In this document: one piece after another, positions 29,615 through 39,709 of the stretch | Position numbering within the stretch: position 1 is the stretch's first letter | How the letters are laid out: the number at the start of each line of letters is the position of its first letter | IMG/VR virus record: IMGVR_UViG_3300028483_000002 | Coordinates: 1-64,000 of that record | DNA from: a virus | Lineage: Duplodnaviria; Caudoviricetes | Direction: 5' to 3' (one strand) | Length of the DNA stretch: 64,000 nt | Notes under the pieces: generated by a model | What the model was told of the DNA's origin: nothing | The model's database searches: none | What the model saw: only the letters and a program-made list of their open reading frames with translations | Position numbers and translations under genes: made by a program

Positions 29615-32600
29615 TTAATTAATTCTGATATAAAATCTGCCATTCTTAATATAGAATAGTGATTTTTTTACAGTTTTTGGTTTTAATTCCTTTTCAACCT
29701 TTTTCAATTCTGCTTCGTATGTAGAAATCTTTCCTGGTAAGGTTTTTAGATTTTCCTGTGCTTGTTTTAAGTAATACTCACCATTGTAATAATTTGTATT
29801 ACCAGAATATCTTTCAACATCTTCTTTTGCACTTGCCAATTGTTTTTTCATATTAGTAACAGAATTTTTAAGTGCAGCTCTTTTTACCTGATTGTAATAA
29901 GGATTTGATGGGCTGATAGTAATACTATCTTTCTCAAAATAATCAGTCATAATATCTGAATTATTCTCTACTTTATCCGTTTCTGAACTTAAAAAACCTA
30001 ACGATGAACCATACCTGTCTGAATGTACTTTTATTGGACCATTTACATCCCCAATACCATAATAAACAGAAACGTATTCCCCATCAGGTTTTCTAATTCC
30101 GTTTACAGTAAACTGATATGGTTTTACTTCTTTGGCTTTTGCTTTGGCTTTTTCTTTTAATTTTTCGTCAATAGTTGTAAGTTCAATTTTTACATTTTCG
30201 CCATTTTCACCATTTTGTTTTCTGTATTCATATCTGTAATTTGGATTACTGTGATAAGAATGGTTTAGCGGCCAACTTCCTCCATAAGACTTAGATTCAG
30301 AACCGTCTTTGTTTAATTTAATTAGATTAAAATGAGTTCCATTATTGGCAACATTTCCAATTCTGAAAAGACCATTTTCACCTTTTGTGTAAGAGTTAGA
30401 AATTTTGACAATATCACCTTCTTTTATTTCTTGTCCTGTAGTTGTGTCTTTTACTTTAGAAACAACATTACCGTTTACTACTTTTAAGCCATTTTTTTGA
30501 GCTTCCAGAATTCTTCCAATTTCTTGAACATTTTTCCATTGTTCTTCATCTTTTGGATCTTTTCTATGCCCCCAATATGAATACCCAGTTTTTGTTTCAT
30601 ACAACTTAGTCATAACATCATGAGAAGATTGTGTTTTTAATTCTCTTTCAATATCTGCAAGAGTTATCCTTGATGGTAAATTACCAATTACAGATGGAGC
30701 AAAAATACCGGCACTCTGTTGATAACCTGCAATAAGTTCATCTAACATATCAGCCTTTGCTCTTTTTTCACCAAGTTCTTTTCCGCTACCGTCAGATGTT
30801 ACAATATCATACATTTCTTTTGAATCTGGTACAGAAATTTTATCTCTTAACTTTTTAATTTCATCCAAAGATAATTCAGCAAAATCGTTTTTGTAATCTT
30901 CCCTAGTTTTGTTATATGAATCGTTGTATTCATCCCATCTATTTGATTCTAAACGGTACTGTTCCATTTCTTTATCTTGGTTATATTGTTTTTCTGCTTC
31001 ATCAATTGCACCGTGTTCCAAAGAATTAGTTGTTCTATTACGCAATTCATCAAAGAATTTATCACCAACAGTTTGATTGTTTTTAATCCTATCAAGAATT
31101 CCGTTTTTCATTTTCCATACTTCGTCTTGACGTTTTCTATTCTCAATAATTTTATAAAGTTCAGAATAATTACCGTCTAATAATAATTGTCCTTCTGTAT
31201 GGTAATTTTCATCTTCCAATAACGAAAAGATTTTATATAATTCAACAGTATCACCATTATGAATTGCATTAGACCAACGATGTACATAAGATTCTAATAA
31301 ATCAGTAGTAATACCATGTTCCCATTGTTTTTCTCTTTCATCTTTAATATTTTCCCAAATATTTTGAAGCTCTTCTTTTGAAAAATCTTCAACAATGTCT
31401 TTATATTTTAGTTTTTTTTGTTGCCCACGTTCATCTAAGAAATCTTTTTTTGCAACAAATTTACCACCATTATCATATTGTTTTTTCAAATCCAATAAGA
31501 AAGTAGATAAATCATCAACTTTAGCACCAGCAATAATATTAACAAGATTATTCATAAACAATGGGTCTCTTTTTATGCTATTTGCCATTAATCTAGCATA
31601 ATTTCTATCATCCCATTCCCCATTTGAATCTTCATATACTTCTGCTACTTTTCCCATTAGATAATCAAAATTATCTTTACTGATTGTGTAATTTCCAATA
31701 GCAGCGTTTAATGATGTTTGTGGTGTTGAAGTGTTTAGTCCATTATCGGCAGCATTGGTAATTTCCCCACTTTGATAATAAGAATCGAATTCTTCCATGC
31801 TATCAAACTCAATTCTTTCACCATCTTTAGAAGTCATAATTGGAGCATCATTTTTATCAAATCCAACTATAGTCCAAACTTTTCCCTCAAAATTATATTG
31901 ATAACCTTCTTTAATTGGATCTTCAATTACAGTAATATCTTTTTTGGCATTATCATTATTCAATAAAGCAATCGAATTTCCATGTTCTTGTTTTTGCCCG
32001 TTTTCTTCTGCCTCATTAGCGACTTCTTGATTTGTTGGATTAAGTTTCTGTAAATCTTTAACAAATAGTCTAGCAACTTTTCCATCATCAAATTTTACCA
32101 TAACCATTTTATCGCTAACTAAATTTGTAATAGAACCTGTTGCCCCATTAAATGACACTTTATCACCAATGTCAAAATCCAAAGTGTTATTTAATTCAAC
32201 TTTTTTATCTTCTGGAACAGAATTATACATAGAGTAGATTTTTCTCATTAATGAGTTATTCCATTTTGTTTCAAAGTTTTTTTCATCATTAGAAGTTAAA
32301 GTTTGCTTTTCTTTTTTCTCTTGATCAATTATTTTCTGTTTTGAATTAGAAGATTTCTCTTTTTTGTTTGATGGTGTTTTATATCTGTCGCGATTGAATT
32401 TATCACTAAAGAATTTATCCCACACTTTTTTATTGGATAAGTATTCTAAGACGTGAGCCCCAAATTCATTTTTGGTTACACCATAAGCACTTTCTATGTT
32501 ATTTCTAACATAAGCGTCTGTGATTTTTTCTTCTTTAATTCCAAAAATAGCCATCAAAGTTTTTAATGGGCTTTTGAAATCTTTAGGATAAATATAGTTA

Positions 32601-32713
32601 TATCCTTTCCCAGCCTTTTTTGGAATTCTTCTGATGTATTTATGACTTCTTCCTGATTTTTCGATGAAGTTATCCCAATACATTTTTGCAAATGTTTTTG
32701 AAACTGTAAACAT
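29615..32713 (-). CDS. Large polyvalent-type protein (~1030 aa), putative head cargo
   Basis: RBS before ATG 32713; IEKS-GRSHKYIRR..GYNYIY N-terminus, multiple small domains, VKKS-LFYIK C-terminus. Confidence 0.7.
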   Translation of the reverse strand: MFTVSKTFAKMYWDNFIEKSGRSHKYIRRIPKKAGKGYNYIYPKDFKSPLKTLMAIFGIKEEKITDAYVRNNIESAYGVTKNEFGAHVLEYLSNKKVWDKFFSDKFNRDRYKTPSNKKEKSSNSKQKIIDQEKKEKQTLTSNDEKNFETKWNNSLMRKIYSMYNSVPEDKKVELNNTLDFDIGDKVSFNGATGSITNLVSDKMVMVKFDDGKVARLFVKDLQKLNPTNQEVANEAEENGQKQEHGNSIALLNNDNAKKDITVIEDPIKEGYQYNFEGKVWTIVGFDKNDAPIMTSKDGERIEFDSMEEFDSYYQSGEITNAADNGLNTSTPQTSLNAAIGNYTISKDNFDYLMGKVAEVYEDSNGEWDDRNYARLMANSIKRDPLFMNNLVNIIAGAKVDDLSTFLLDLKKQYDNGGKFVAKKDFLDERGQQKKLKYKDIVEDFSKEELQNIWENIKDEREKQWEHGITTDLLESYVHRWSNAIHNGDTVELYKIFSLLEDENYHTEGQLLLDGNYSELYKIIENRKRQDEVWKMKNGILDRIKNNQTVGDKFFDELRNRTTNSLEHGAIDEAEKQYNQDKEMEQYRLESNRWDEYNDSYNKTREDYKNDFAELSLDEIKKLRDKISVPDSKEMYDIVTSDGSGKELGEKRAKADMLDELIAGYQQSAGIFAPSVIGNLPSRITLADIERELKTQSSHDVMTKLYETKTGYSYWGHRKDPKDEEQWKNVQEIGRILEAQKNGLKVVNGNVVSKVKDTTTGQEIKEGDIVKISNSYTKGENGLFRIGNVANNGTHFNLIKLNKDGSESKSYGGSWPLNHSYHSNPNYRYEYRKQNGENGENVKIELTTIDEKLKEKAKAKAKEVKPYQFTVNGIRKPDGEYVSVYYGIGDVNGPIKVHSDRYGSSLGFLSSETDKVENNSDIMTDYFEKDSITISPSNPYYNQVKRAALKNSVTNMKKQLASAKEDVERYSGNTNYYNGEYYLKQAQENLKTLPGKISTYEAELKKVEKELKPKTVKKSLFYIKNGRFYIRIN

Positions 32714-32734
32714 TTTCTCCCCCCCCCTTATAAA

Positions 32735-32815
32735 CAAAAAAGGCAGCTATCAAAAAACAAGTATTATTACTTGAAATTTGATAACTGCCTTTGTTTTAGA
32801 CACATTATTTAATAA
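32735..32815 (-). promoter_or_regulatory. Late leader L5
   Basis: AATGTGTCTAAAACAAAGGCAGTTATCAAA..TTTGATAGCTGCC-T6; promoter boxes weak. Confidence 0.7.
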
Positions 32816-32861
32816 AAGACTATCACATATTTATTAATTTCTCGCTTCTTATAAAAAGAAT

Positions 32862-33032
32862 CTATCTTATTCTTATATCCCCATATTTTTTTAGATATGC
32901 TTTTAACGCATCTACAACCTCTTTAGGCGTATTTTCTTTTAAATTATCTAATGTTTCATCTTTACTTGGATCAATTAAATATTTTCGCCAAGGAAACATT
33001 TTTTCATAATCGCCAGGATTGCTTGTTATCAT
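32862..33032 (-). CDS. Small 56 aa protein immediately after the peptidase gene
   Basis: AGAGGT RBS, ATG 33032 (MITSNPGDYEK..). Confidence 0.6.
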   Translation of the reverse strand: MITSNPGDYEKMFPWRKYLIDPSKDETLDNLKENTPKEVVDALKAYLKKYGDIRIR

Positions 33033-33036
33033 TATT

Positions 33037-34503
33037 TTACCTCTTAATTGCATTATATTCCATTTTTGCAAGTTGTACAATCCTTTTACTAAATGGGCTT
33101 GCGTTTTCGCCATATTGGTATACATCAGCAAAGGCTTCTGCAAATAGTTCCATATCAGTTTCTTCTGCATAATCAGAAATAGTAAGTTTAGCATCTTCAT
33201 AAGACATACCATTTAATTGAGTTTGTCGTATTTGTTCGTATGCTTTTTTACAAATTTCTACATCAGAATACATTCCATTATTTTTTAATAATGCTGCTAA
33301 AACATGAGCTCCTTCATGATACCCAAATGATTCTGCATTTAATTGCTCATCCCCTGCATGAAAATATATATTCTTATCTTCCTCTTTTTTTGTTCCATCT
33401 TCAATTATAAACTTAGATCCAAAACTTATTTCTATTGGTTTTTCATTAATAAATTGAACACACATTATACAATTTTCTCTCGTAATTCCAATTCTTGGGA
33501 TTAATTTTTGAACTAAAGGAAACTCATCAAGAAATTCAAGTAACCCAATAGAACATTTTTTCGTATCTTCAAACATTGCTCTTTTTTTTAAGTCGTCAGA
33601 AACTTCAATGCCATATTTATTTACTATATTTTCATAATCATCAAAGTTTCTTGCTTTATTTAATATATTTTTAGAAGTATCTCTTTTATTATATTCTTTA
33701 TGATAATTTTTAAATAAATCAATTCTTTTTTCAATATAGTTTGCTGCATTTACTACCTTTTTATTAGGAATCCCTTTTGATATTAAAAATTCTGAAACCC
33801 TTTCAATAACATTTTCTGTCGTAACATCTTTGTTTAATATTTTTCGTAATACAGTTTTATATTCTTTTTGAACTAGTTTATCCCCAATAAATAATTTAAA
33901 ATAATTTTGTATAGATTTATTGTTTCCTTTTAGTACACCTTGGTTTGGGAATTTTATAACACTGGTAATAAAATTTTCTCTCTCTTTAGAAATATCAGAA
34001 ATATTATTAAAAGTAGTTTTGCTAGTATTAAGTTTAGATTTACGTTCATTCACAGCATTTTTTAATTCTTCTACAATCGGCAGTAATTTACCATCGCTAT
34101 CCATAAATCTATTTGTATTTTCCATGACAAGTTGCAATAATTCATCAATACTTTTTGCATTTTCAATTTTCTTCTTAATAATTGCAATTGATTGATTTGC
34201 TCCCCTAGAATGCACATCATAGATTTTTCGCCATTTTCCAGGAGCAATTTTTCTGTATTTATGCCCTTTCCACTCTCTAACAGTTCCTATACCATATCCC
34301 CTAGATTTATTAATGCTATATTCAGTTAAAAATGTACGAGCCATTGAATTATCATAATCTTCAATCGCTTTACTAATTATCTTTTCTTCTCTTACTTCAC
34401 TTTCTTCTAAGATTTTTAACAACTCTTTTTTAAAGTGATTCAAAATCCTATTTGAATGTTTGTTTATTAAATTGTCATAAACACTTTTCTTTACTGTAAT
34501 CAT
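33037..34503 (-). CDS. Putative head-packaged zincin metallopeptidase
   Basis: Start 34503 (MITVKKS); shared GYGIGTVR-W domain; C-terminal GYHEGAHV..SDYAE..ELFAEAF. Confidence 0.75.
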   Translation of the reverse strand: MITVKKSVYDNLINKHSNRILNHFKKELLKILEESEVREEKIISKAIEDYDNSMARTFLTEYSINKSRGYGIGTVREWKGHKYRKIAPGKWRKIYDVHSRGANQSIAIIKKKIENAKSIDELLQLVMENTNRFMDSDGKLLPIVEELKNAVNERKSKLNTSKTTFNNISDISKERENFITSVIKFPNQGVLKGNNKSIQNYFKLFIGDKLVQKEYKTVLRKILNKDVTTENVIERVSEFLISKGIPNKKVVNAANYIEKRIDLFKNYHKEYNKRDTSKNILNKARNFDDYENIVNKYGIEVSDDLKKRAMFEDTKKCSIGLLEFLDEFPLVQKLIPRIGITRENCIMCVQFINEKPIEISFGSKFIIEDGTKKEEDKNIYFHAGDEQLNAESFGYHEGAHVLAALLKNNGMYSDVEICKKAYEQIRQTQLNGMSYEDAKLTISDYAEETDMELFAEAFADVYQYGENASPFSKRIVQLAKMEYNAIKR

Positions 34504-34526
34504 TTCATACCCCACCTTAAAATTGT

Positions 34527-37271
34527 TTACAATAATTCCGGGAATACTCTTACCCATGAACCTCTACACCACGGATGAACAGTTGCAATTGGAGCATCAC
34601 CATCCAATTTGCCTTCCCATATCGCATATTTTGCATAAGGATCTTTTATTCTTTCGTTTGGCAATGGAACATCACTCCACAATGCAATAGCACCTTTTAA
34701 TTTTTGGCACTTTTTACAGGTGTTGTCATCTAACACTTCATAGCGTTCAAAATATACCTTTTCTTCTGGTTTGGTGTTGTACACTTCTTCTTTGATATAA
34801 GCTGTATTTGTTGCAATTTGTAATTCTGTATCAGCGATTCGTTGCATATCCCTATTCAAACTTGCGCATTTATCAAATAAGTTTTGAGCCACAACCGACT
34901 TGCTTGATTTGTCTCTTACACCATCAATTATTATTTGTTGGATATTATTTCTCATATCATCTTTAACACGTGTAACTCTTTGAGTTGCAGAATCAATTGC
35001 AACTTGAATTCTTGCAGCCCTTTCTCTAGTGATACTTTCCCCAAAAACATCTTTTATGTTTTTAACACTCTCACTTATCCAATCAACATCTTTTCTTTTT
35101 ATTTTTAATTCAGACAGGTGCATTTTTTTTATTGCAGATAAAGAATTTGTTTTACTTAATCGTTCCAATATAGCACCTAATGCTTCGCCACTCAGAACAA
35201 TTTTTTCACCAATACCAGAATAATTACGATTTAGAAACTTTTCTAATTCTGTAATAAAACGTTGCCATTCTTTAGTTGATATTGGTTTACCATTTTCAGG
35301 ATTGTAAATAACCTTACCTTTCCATTTCAATTTAGCTTTACTTACAATTCTTATATCAGGTAAATCAAAATAAGAAATCACAAAATTATAAATTGCTAAA
35401 GTTTTTTGAGATAATTCTCTAAACAATTTATCTGTCAGTTCTTCTTCGGCCTTGTACAAAAACTTTTCACCTTGTACAGTTTTCATGTTTGTATCTAAAG
35501 ACAATGAAACTTTATGCAGAGCTTTTTCAATTTTTTCTTTGTCAAAATTTGTAAATCTCAAATATAAATTATCATATCTTGTAGATTTATTATCAGATTG
35601 AATATGTTTAATTACAAAAGGTTTATTTTCGTAAATTGCATTAAGAGCCTTTTCTAATTGTTCATACTTTTTTTGTTTGTTATTTTCTGTAATATCAGTT
35701 ATACAAACATCAAAGGATTTATGTATTCTACTACCTTGTTTTGAGAATACAAAAGACTTAAATTGTTCTACAGTTAAAGTTTCCATACTTCCAAAAAATC
35801 CTGGTCTATCATATTGTTTCATATATGCTTTTTTTGCTGCTTCTGCATTTTCAAAACACAACATACATTTATCTTCATCGTATTTATGAGTAACAGGATT
35901 GTTTTGATGAATTACATAAACTTTTTTTGCGTTTTTATCAGGACCAATATAACAATCTACAAAGTCTGAATCAGTCCCTACAGTTCCCCTAATATATCCA
36001 TAATCATAGTGCATTAAAGTTTTCCACTTATGCCCATCTGAATCAACACCACTTCTATAAGTTCCTTTTTTATTTTCAATGGAAATATCCATGCCATAAA
36101 GTTTAGTTCTACCCTGTAATTTATGGCCGGAATAAGTTAAAGATTTTGTTAAAGCCTTATATGCTTTGTACGCAATTACATTTTCTACATCTTGATGCAA
36201 TTGTTCTTCTGCTACAAACCTTGTCAATTTATCATCATACTTCTGAATAACAGAATCATAATTTAAGCCTTTTTTATCACAAAGATGATGTAATTCTACT
36301 TTCCAATCAGTGAATAATGATTTTGTAACATTTTTACTTGACAAATTATTACAATGCACTATATTAATAGATGGAGATAGACTACAATCCGGTTGTAGTT
36401 GTAACGCTTTATTAAGCTGTCTCCCCTTAAATCCCTTGCTATTTTGCAAGGGATATTTTTTTAACAAAAGTTCTACAGAGTAGACTAACTTACCTGTAAT
36501 TTTATATTCCTTAATTGTAATATATGCCATTCCTTTTCTTGTAGATAATTGAATAGGTATATTTCCTCTGTAAATAGATTCTACGTTGTCATCACCTTTC
36601 CTATCTGGATATTTCTTAAAGTTTTCAACATTTTCAACAAGTTCTTTTATCTTTGATGCCGCTTCAAAATGCTCTTTTGTTGAAAAACCATTTAGAACAG
36701 ATTTATTTATAGCTTTATCACAAGATAATTTATCAATAGATTTTTGAGAAAATCTAAATGTTAAATCTTTATTATGAAAGTTAGTCTGTTTATATTTTAC
36801 CATTTCTTTCTTAAATGTATTTCTAAGCTCTGTTCTTAAAAGATATTCATTATGATCAATTTTTAATACTTTCCAAGCCGGAATTTTTTCATTTTCATTT
36901 TCTTTGTTTATAAAAATATAATCGTGAGAACCATTTATATAATATTCATATAAATCATACTTAGTCTTATCTAACTTAAATTTTATTGGTTTTTGTTTTT
37001 CATCGGAAAGACCCTTTAATTTTTTTATTCTTATTCCATAAACATCAGCATCATATTCATATACCCAATGCCCATTTACCCATCTTTTATTACGATATTT
37101 ATGTGATTTTTGTATTTCTTTATCATTTTCAGAATATAAGTCCGATTTTTGCAGATTTTCTGCAAATTCGTCATTTAAATTATCTTTTTTTTCATTTCTA
37201 ACTTGCTTATAACTTTCTAATTTCTTTTTAATTTCTTCTGCAACAGATTTTTCAATTACTATTTTTCCCAT
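34527..37271 (-). CDS. MuF head-morphogenesis protein with N-terminal LPD3/BECR-like and inorganic pyrophosphatase-like domains
   Basis: C-terminal IADTELQ..DDNTCKKC..HPWCRGSW (MuF); GHKLQGR..SIENKKG..HYDYGYIRGT.GTDSDFVDCYIGP (InPase-like); HFEAASKI..YPDRKGDDNV..YITIKE (LPD3-like). Confidence 0.8.
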   Translation of the reverse strand: MGKIVIEKSVAEEIKKKLESYKQVRNEKKDNLNDEFAENLQKSDLYSENDKEIQKSHKYRNKRWVNGHWVYEYDADVYGIRIKKLKGLSDEKQKPIKFKLDKTKYDLYEYYINGSHDYIFINKENENEKIPAWKVLKIDHNEYLLRTELRNTFKKEMVKYKQTNFHNKDLTFRFSQKSIDKLSCDKAINKSVLNGFSTKEHFEAASKIKELVENVENFKKYPDRKGDDNVESIYRGNIPIQLSTRKGMAYITIKEYKITGKLVYSVELLLKKYPLQNSKGFKGRQLNKALQLQPDCSLSPSINIVHCNNLSSKNVTKSLFTDWKVELHHLCDKKGLNYDSVIQKYDDKLTRFVAEEQLHQDVENVIAYKAYKALTKSLTYSGHKLQGRTKLYGMDISIENKKGTYRSGVDSDGHKWKTLMHYDYGYIRGTVGTDSDFVDCYIGPDKNAKKVYVIHQNNPVTHKYDEDKCMLCFENAEAAKKAYMKQYDRPGFFGSMETLTVEQFKSFVFSKQGSRIHKSFDVCITDITENNKQKKYEQLEKALNAIYENKPFVIKHIQSDNKSTRYDNLYLRFTNFDKEKIEKALHKVSLSLDTNMKTVQGEKFLYKAEEELTDKLFRELSQKTLAIYNFVISYFDLPDIRIVSKAKLKWKGKVIYNPENGKPISTKEWQRFITELEKFLNRNYSGIGEKIVLSGEALGAILERLSKTNSLSAIKKMHLSELKIKRKDVDWISESVKNIKDVFGESITRERAARIQVAIDSATQRVTRVKDDMRNNIQQIIIDGVRDKSSKSVVAQNLFDKCASLNRDMQRIADTELQIATNTAYIKEEVYNTKPEEKVYFERYEVLDDNTCKKCQKLKGAIALWSDVPLPNERIKDPYAKYAIWEGKLDGDAPIATVHPWCRGSWVRVFPELL

Positions 37272-37326
37272 TTTATCTCCTTTTAAATAAACAAGGGAAA
37301 TTTCCCTTAATTTCCATTAATTTCCC

Positions 37327-37527
37327 TTATTTCGACATTTTCTTTTTACACAAATTCTTTAATCTAAACTTCCAATCACAAATAAAGTATTGTTCATAAT
37401 GCTTTTTATATTCCCCACCACTACCAACTCTTTCTTTACGACATCTTTTATTTGCTTGTCTTTTAAAAAATTGTTTATGTTTGCCATTATCTTTTACTAT
37501 TGGAGTTTTTCGATAACTTCTACTCAT
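37327..37527 (-). CDS. Small basic conserved phage protein
   Basis: MSRSYRKTP..KRQANKR..GGEYKK. Confidence 0.6.
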   Translation of the reverse strand: MSRSYRKTPIVKDNGKHKQFFKRQANKRCRKERVGSGGEYKKHYEQYFICDWKFRLKNLCKKKMSK

Positions 37528-37676
37528 GATTAAATTCCCCACAATCACATTCATCATCAGATTTTTTATGTGTAAATAAATCTTGCAATAGACAAAAACC
37601 TTTATTTTGTTTTAGAGCTTCCTTATGTTCGTACTCTCCGATTATATCAGTTTCTTCTACCCACCAAGTACAATTT

Positions 37677-38093
37677 TTACATTTTGTGTCCATATTCAAC
37701 TCCCCCTAATTGATTTGCCCAATTTTCAGGAAAGCCGCTGTAATACCAAACATCTCGCTGTGAATAAGTCCATTTTTTATGAAACAATCTATCAAATATA
37801 TTTCTTGCAACAGACGGAATTCCAACAATTAATAAATATAACCAACCTAACTTTTTGGATTGTAAAGAATACCCATATTCGTGTCTTAACGTGTTGTATA
37901 AATCCCCTGAAGAATAGTTAGAATCAATAATAATGTACTGCCCTAAACTTACCCCAAAATCAAAAAAATTATTAATTGAATAACATATTATTCCTGATAT
38001 TTCATGTTTTTTACCAAACAAAGATAAAACAAAACCTAAAATATTTTGGGGAAGTTGCCACACATACAAAACGAAAGCGATTAAATATTTCAT
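37677..38093 (-). CDS. Membrane protein of HEYGH-type family
   Basis: WQLPQNILG..GVSLGQYII..HEYGYSLQSKKLGWLYLLIVGIPS. Confidence 0.65.
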   Translation of the reverse strand: MKYLIAFVLYVWQLPQNILGFVLSLFGKKHEISGIICYSINNFFDFGVSLGQYIIIDSNYSSGDLYNTLRHEYGYSLQSKKLGWLYLLIVGIPSVARNIFDRLFHKKWTYSQRDVWYYSGFPENWANQLGGVEYGHKM

Positions 38094-38103
38094 TCTTTAT
38101 CTC

Positions 38104-39684
38104 CTAAATAAACAACATTGATTTATTAATTGATTTATTCATATCTTCTGGTAACATTGGTTCTTCCATATCTTCTGGTAACATAGGCTCATCTGCATCA
38201 GACTGTTCTTCCATTCCCAAATCACCACCTTGCATATCATCTTCATTACCCATGCCACCCATACCATCTTGGGCTTGTTGTGATTGGAATAATTGAGTTA
38301 ATTGAACATTCATAGGTAAATCAGCAGGATTTTCTATTTTTGATAAATCAATTGGACCAAGCCCTTTTTCTTCTCTTTTTTCGTTGATACTTTTCCAGGT
38401 TCTAACTTCTTTTTCATCCAAGTCTGCTACAGTGTTTGGATTATCTTTTTCATAGCCTACAAACTCGATAACATATTCTGGATTAATTCTTTTAATTATT
38501 TTATTAAGATAAGATTCTAAAAATGTTAATAAATCACCTAATAGAGCCGATTTTGCAGCTTGAATTCTATCCCCACCACCATTTTCAAACATAGCTTGTG
38601 ATTTTTGAGATTGGATTCCTAATTCATCGGCACTACAACCAAACAAAGCCATAACACCACTAGACAGATAATCTAACCATTGTTGGAATTCCATATCTCT
38701 ATTAGTGTTAATTGATTTCCATTCGATTGAACTTTCTTTTGTTCCCGATGGCATAATTGGAATTCTCCATTGATTTAATGGTCCACCACTCATAATTTCT
38801 GCAATGTAATCTTCCATCTGTGCTATAACAGTATCATCTGCTTCACCATTAATTAAAAACATTCCTTTTGGCAGTTTATTTTCAGTAAAGTTTCCAGAAT
38901 TATACACAAAAGTATTAATTTCTGATGTAATTAAATCAATTGCTTGTTCTACATACGAATAACCATATTGAGAATGGTAAATGTCTGTTCTTGGATTTTG
39001 AAAATCAAAGACCATATTATCCATCGTATATCCGGCGGCAGGCATACCTTCTACGATTTGCAAAAACTTAAAATCTGTTTTGTTGTTGCTATCATCAATA
39101 ACTCTTTCGATTGTTGCAGCGTCAACAGCGAAAAAAGCAACTGCATCACCTTTTTTATTATATTGAATTTCCGTTGCAACTTGATCCAATGTTAAAATAT
39201 CTCTAATAATTTTTGTGGCATACTTTACTAAATCATCTCTAGTTAAATCTTCATAATCTCCGGTATTACAAATAAAATCTCTAATACGTTCAATTTCTTT
39301 TTCATCTTGATTTTTAGATGTTATATCTTCAAATTTTTTATGAATTAAAAAACCTCTCTCATTTCTAGCTGTTACAGGTTTTAGGTAGGGCTTAATTTTT
39401 CGTATAACATGTACAATACAACAGTTAATAATCCATGCTTTTTGAGCAACAGCTCTTAAAGTTCTACAATGGATTCCCCCACATTGAATTCTAGACATCG
39501 TTCTGATGCCATCAAAAGCGTTAGAAGCAACAAAATAAGGATCATAAAAAACAGAATCAGCTCCATGTTCACGCCCTTCGTCCTGAAAAAAATACTGATT
39601 AAATATCTTATTTCCTTCTGCCATTTTGTTGTATGCAACTCTTTTAGCTAAAAGTTTATCCATATCAATTTTCTCTCTAGCCAT
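38104..39684 (-). CDS. Portal protein
   Basis: Start 39684 (MAREK); VDAATI, YGYSYVEQA..YNSGNF..PKGM, MEFQQW motifs. Confidence 0.92.
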   Translation of the reverse strand: MAREKIDMDKLLAKRVAYNKMAEGNKIFNQYFFQDEGREHGADSVFYDPYFVASNAFDGIRTMSRIQCGGIHCRTLRAVAQKAWIINCCIVHVIRKIKPYLKPVTARNERGFLIHKKFEDITSKNQDEKEIERIRDFICNTGDYEDLTRDDLVKYATKIIRDILTLDQVATEIQYNKKGDAVAFFAVDAATIERVIDDSNNKTDFKFLQIVEGMPAAGYTMDNMVFDFQNPRTDIYHSQYGYSYVEQAIDLITSEINTFVYNSGNFTENKLPKGMFLINGEADDTVIAQMEDYIAEIMSGGPLNQWRIPIMPSGTKESSIEWKSINTNRDMEFQQWLDYLSSGVMALFGCSADELGIQSQKSQAMFENGGGDRIQAAKSALLGDLLTFLESYLNKIIKRINPEYVIEFVGYEKDNPNTVADLDEKEVRTWKSINEKREEKGLGPIDLSKIENPADLPMNVQLTQLFQSQQAQDGMGGMGNEDDMQGGDLGMEEQSDADEPMLPEDMEEPMLPEDMNKSINKSMLFI

Positions 39685-39709
39685 CTTTCCCTCCCAAAAA
39701 TATTTAAAA

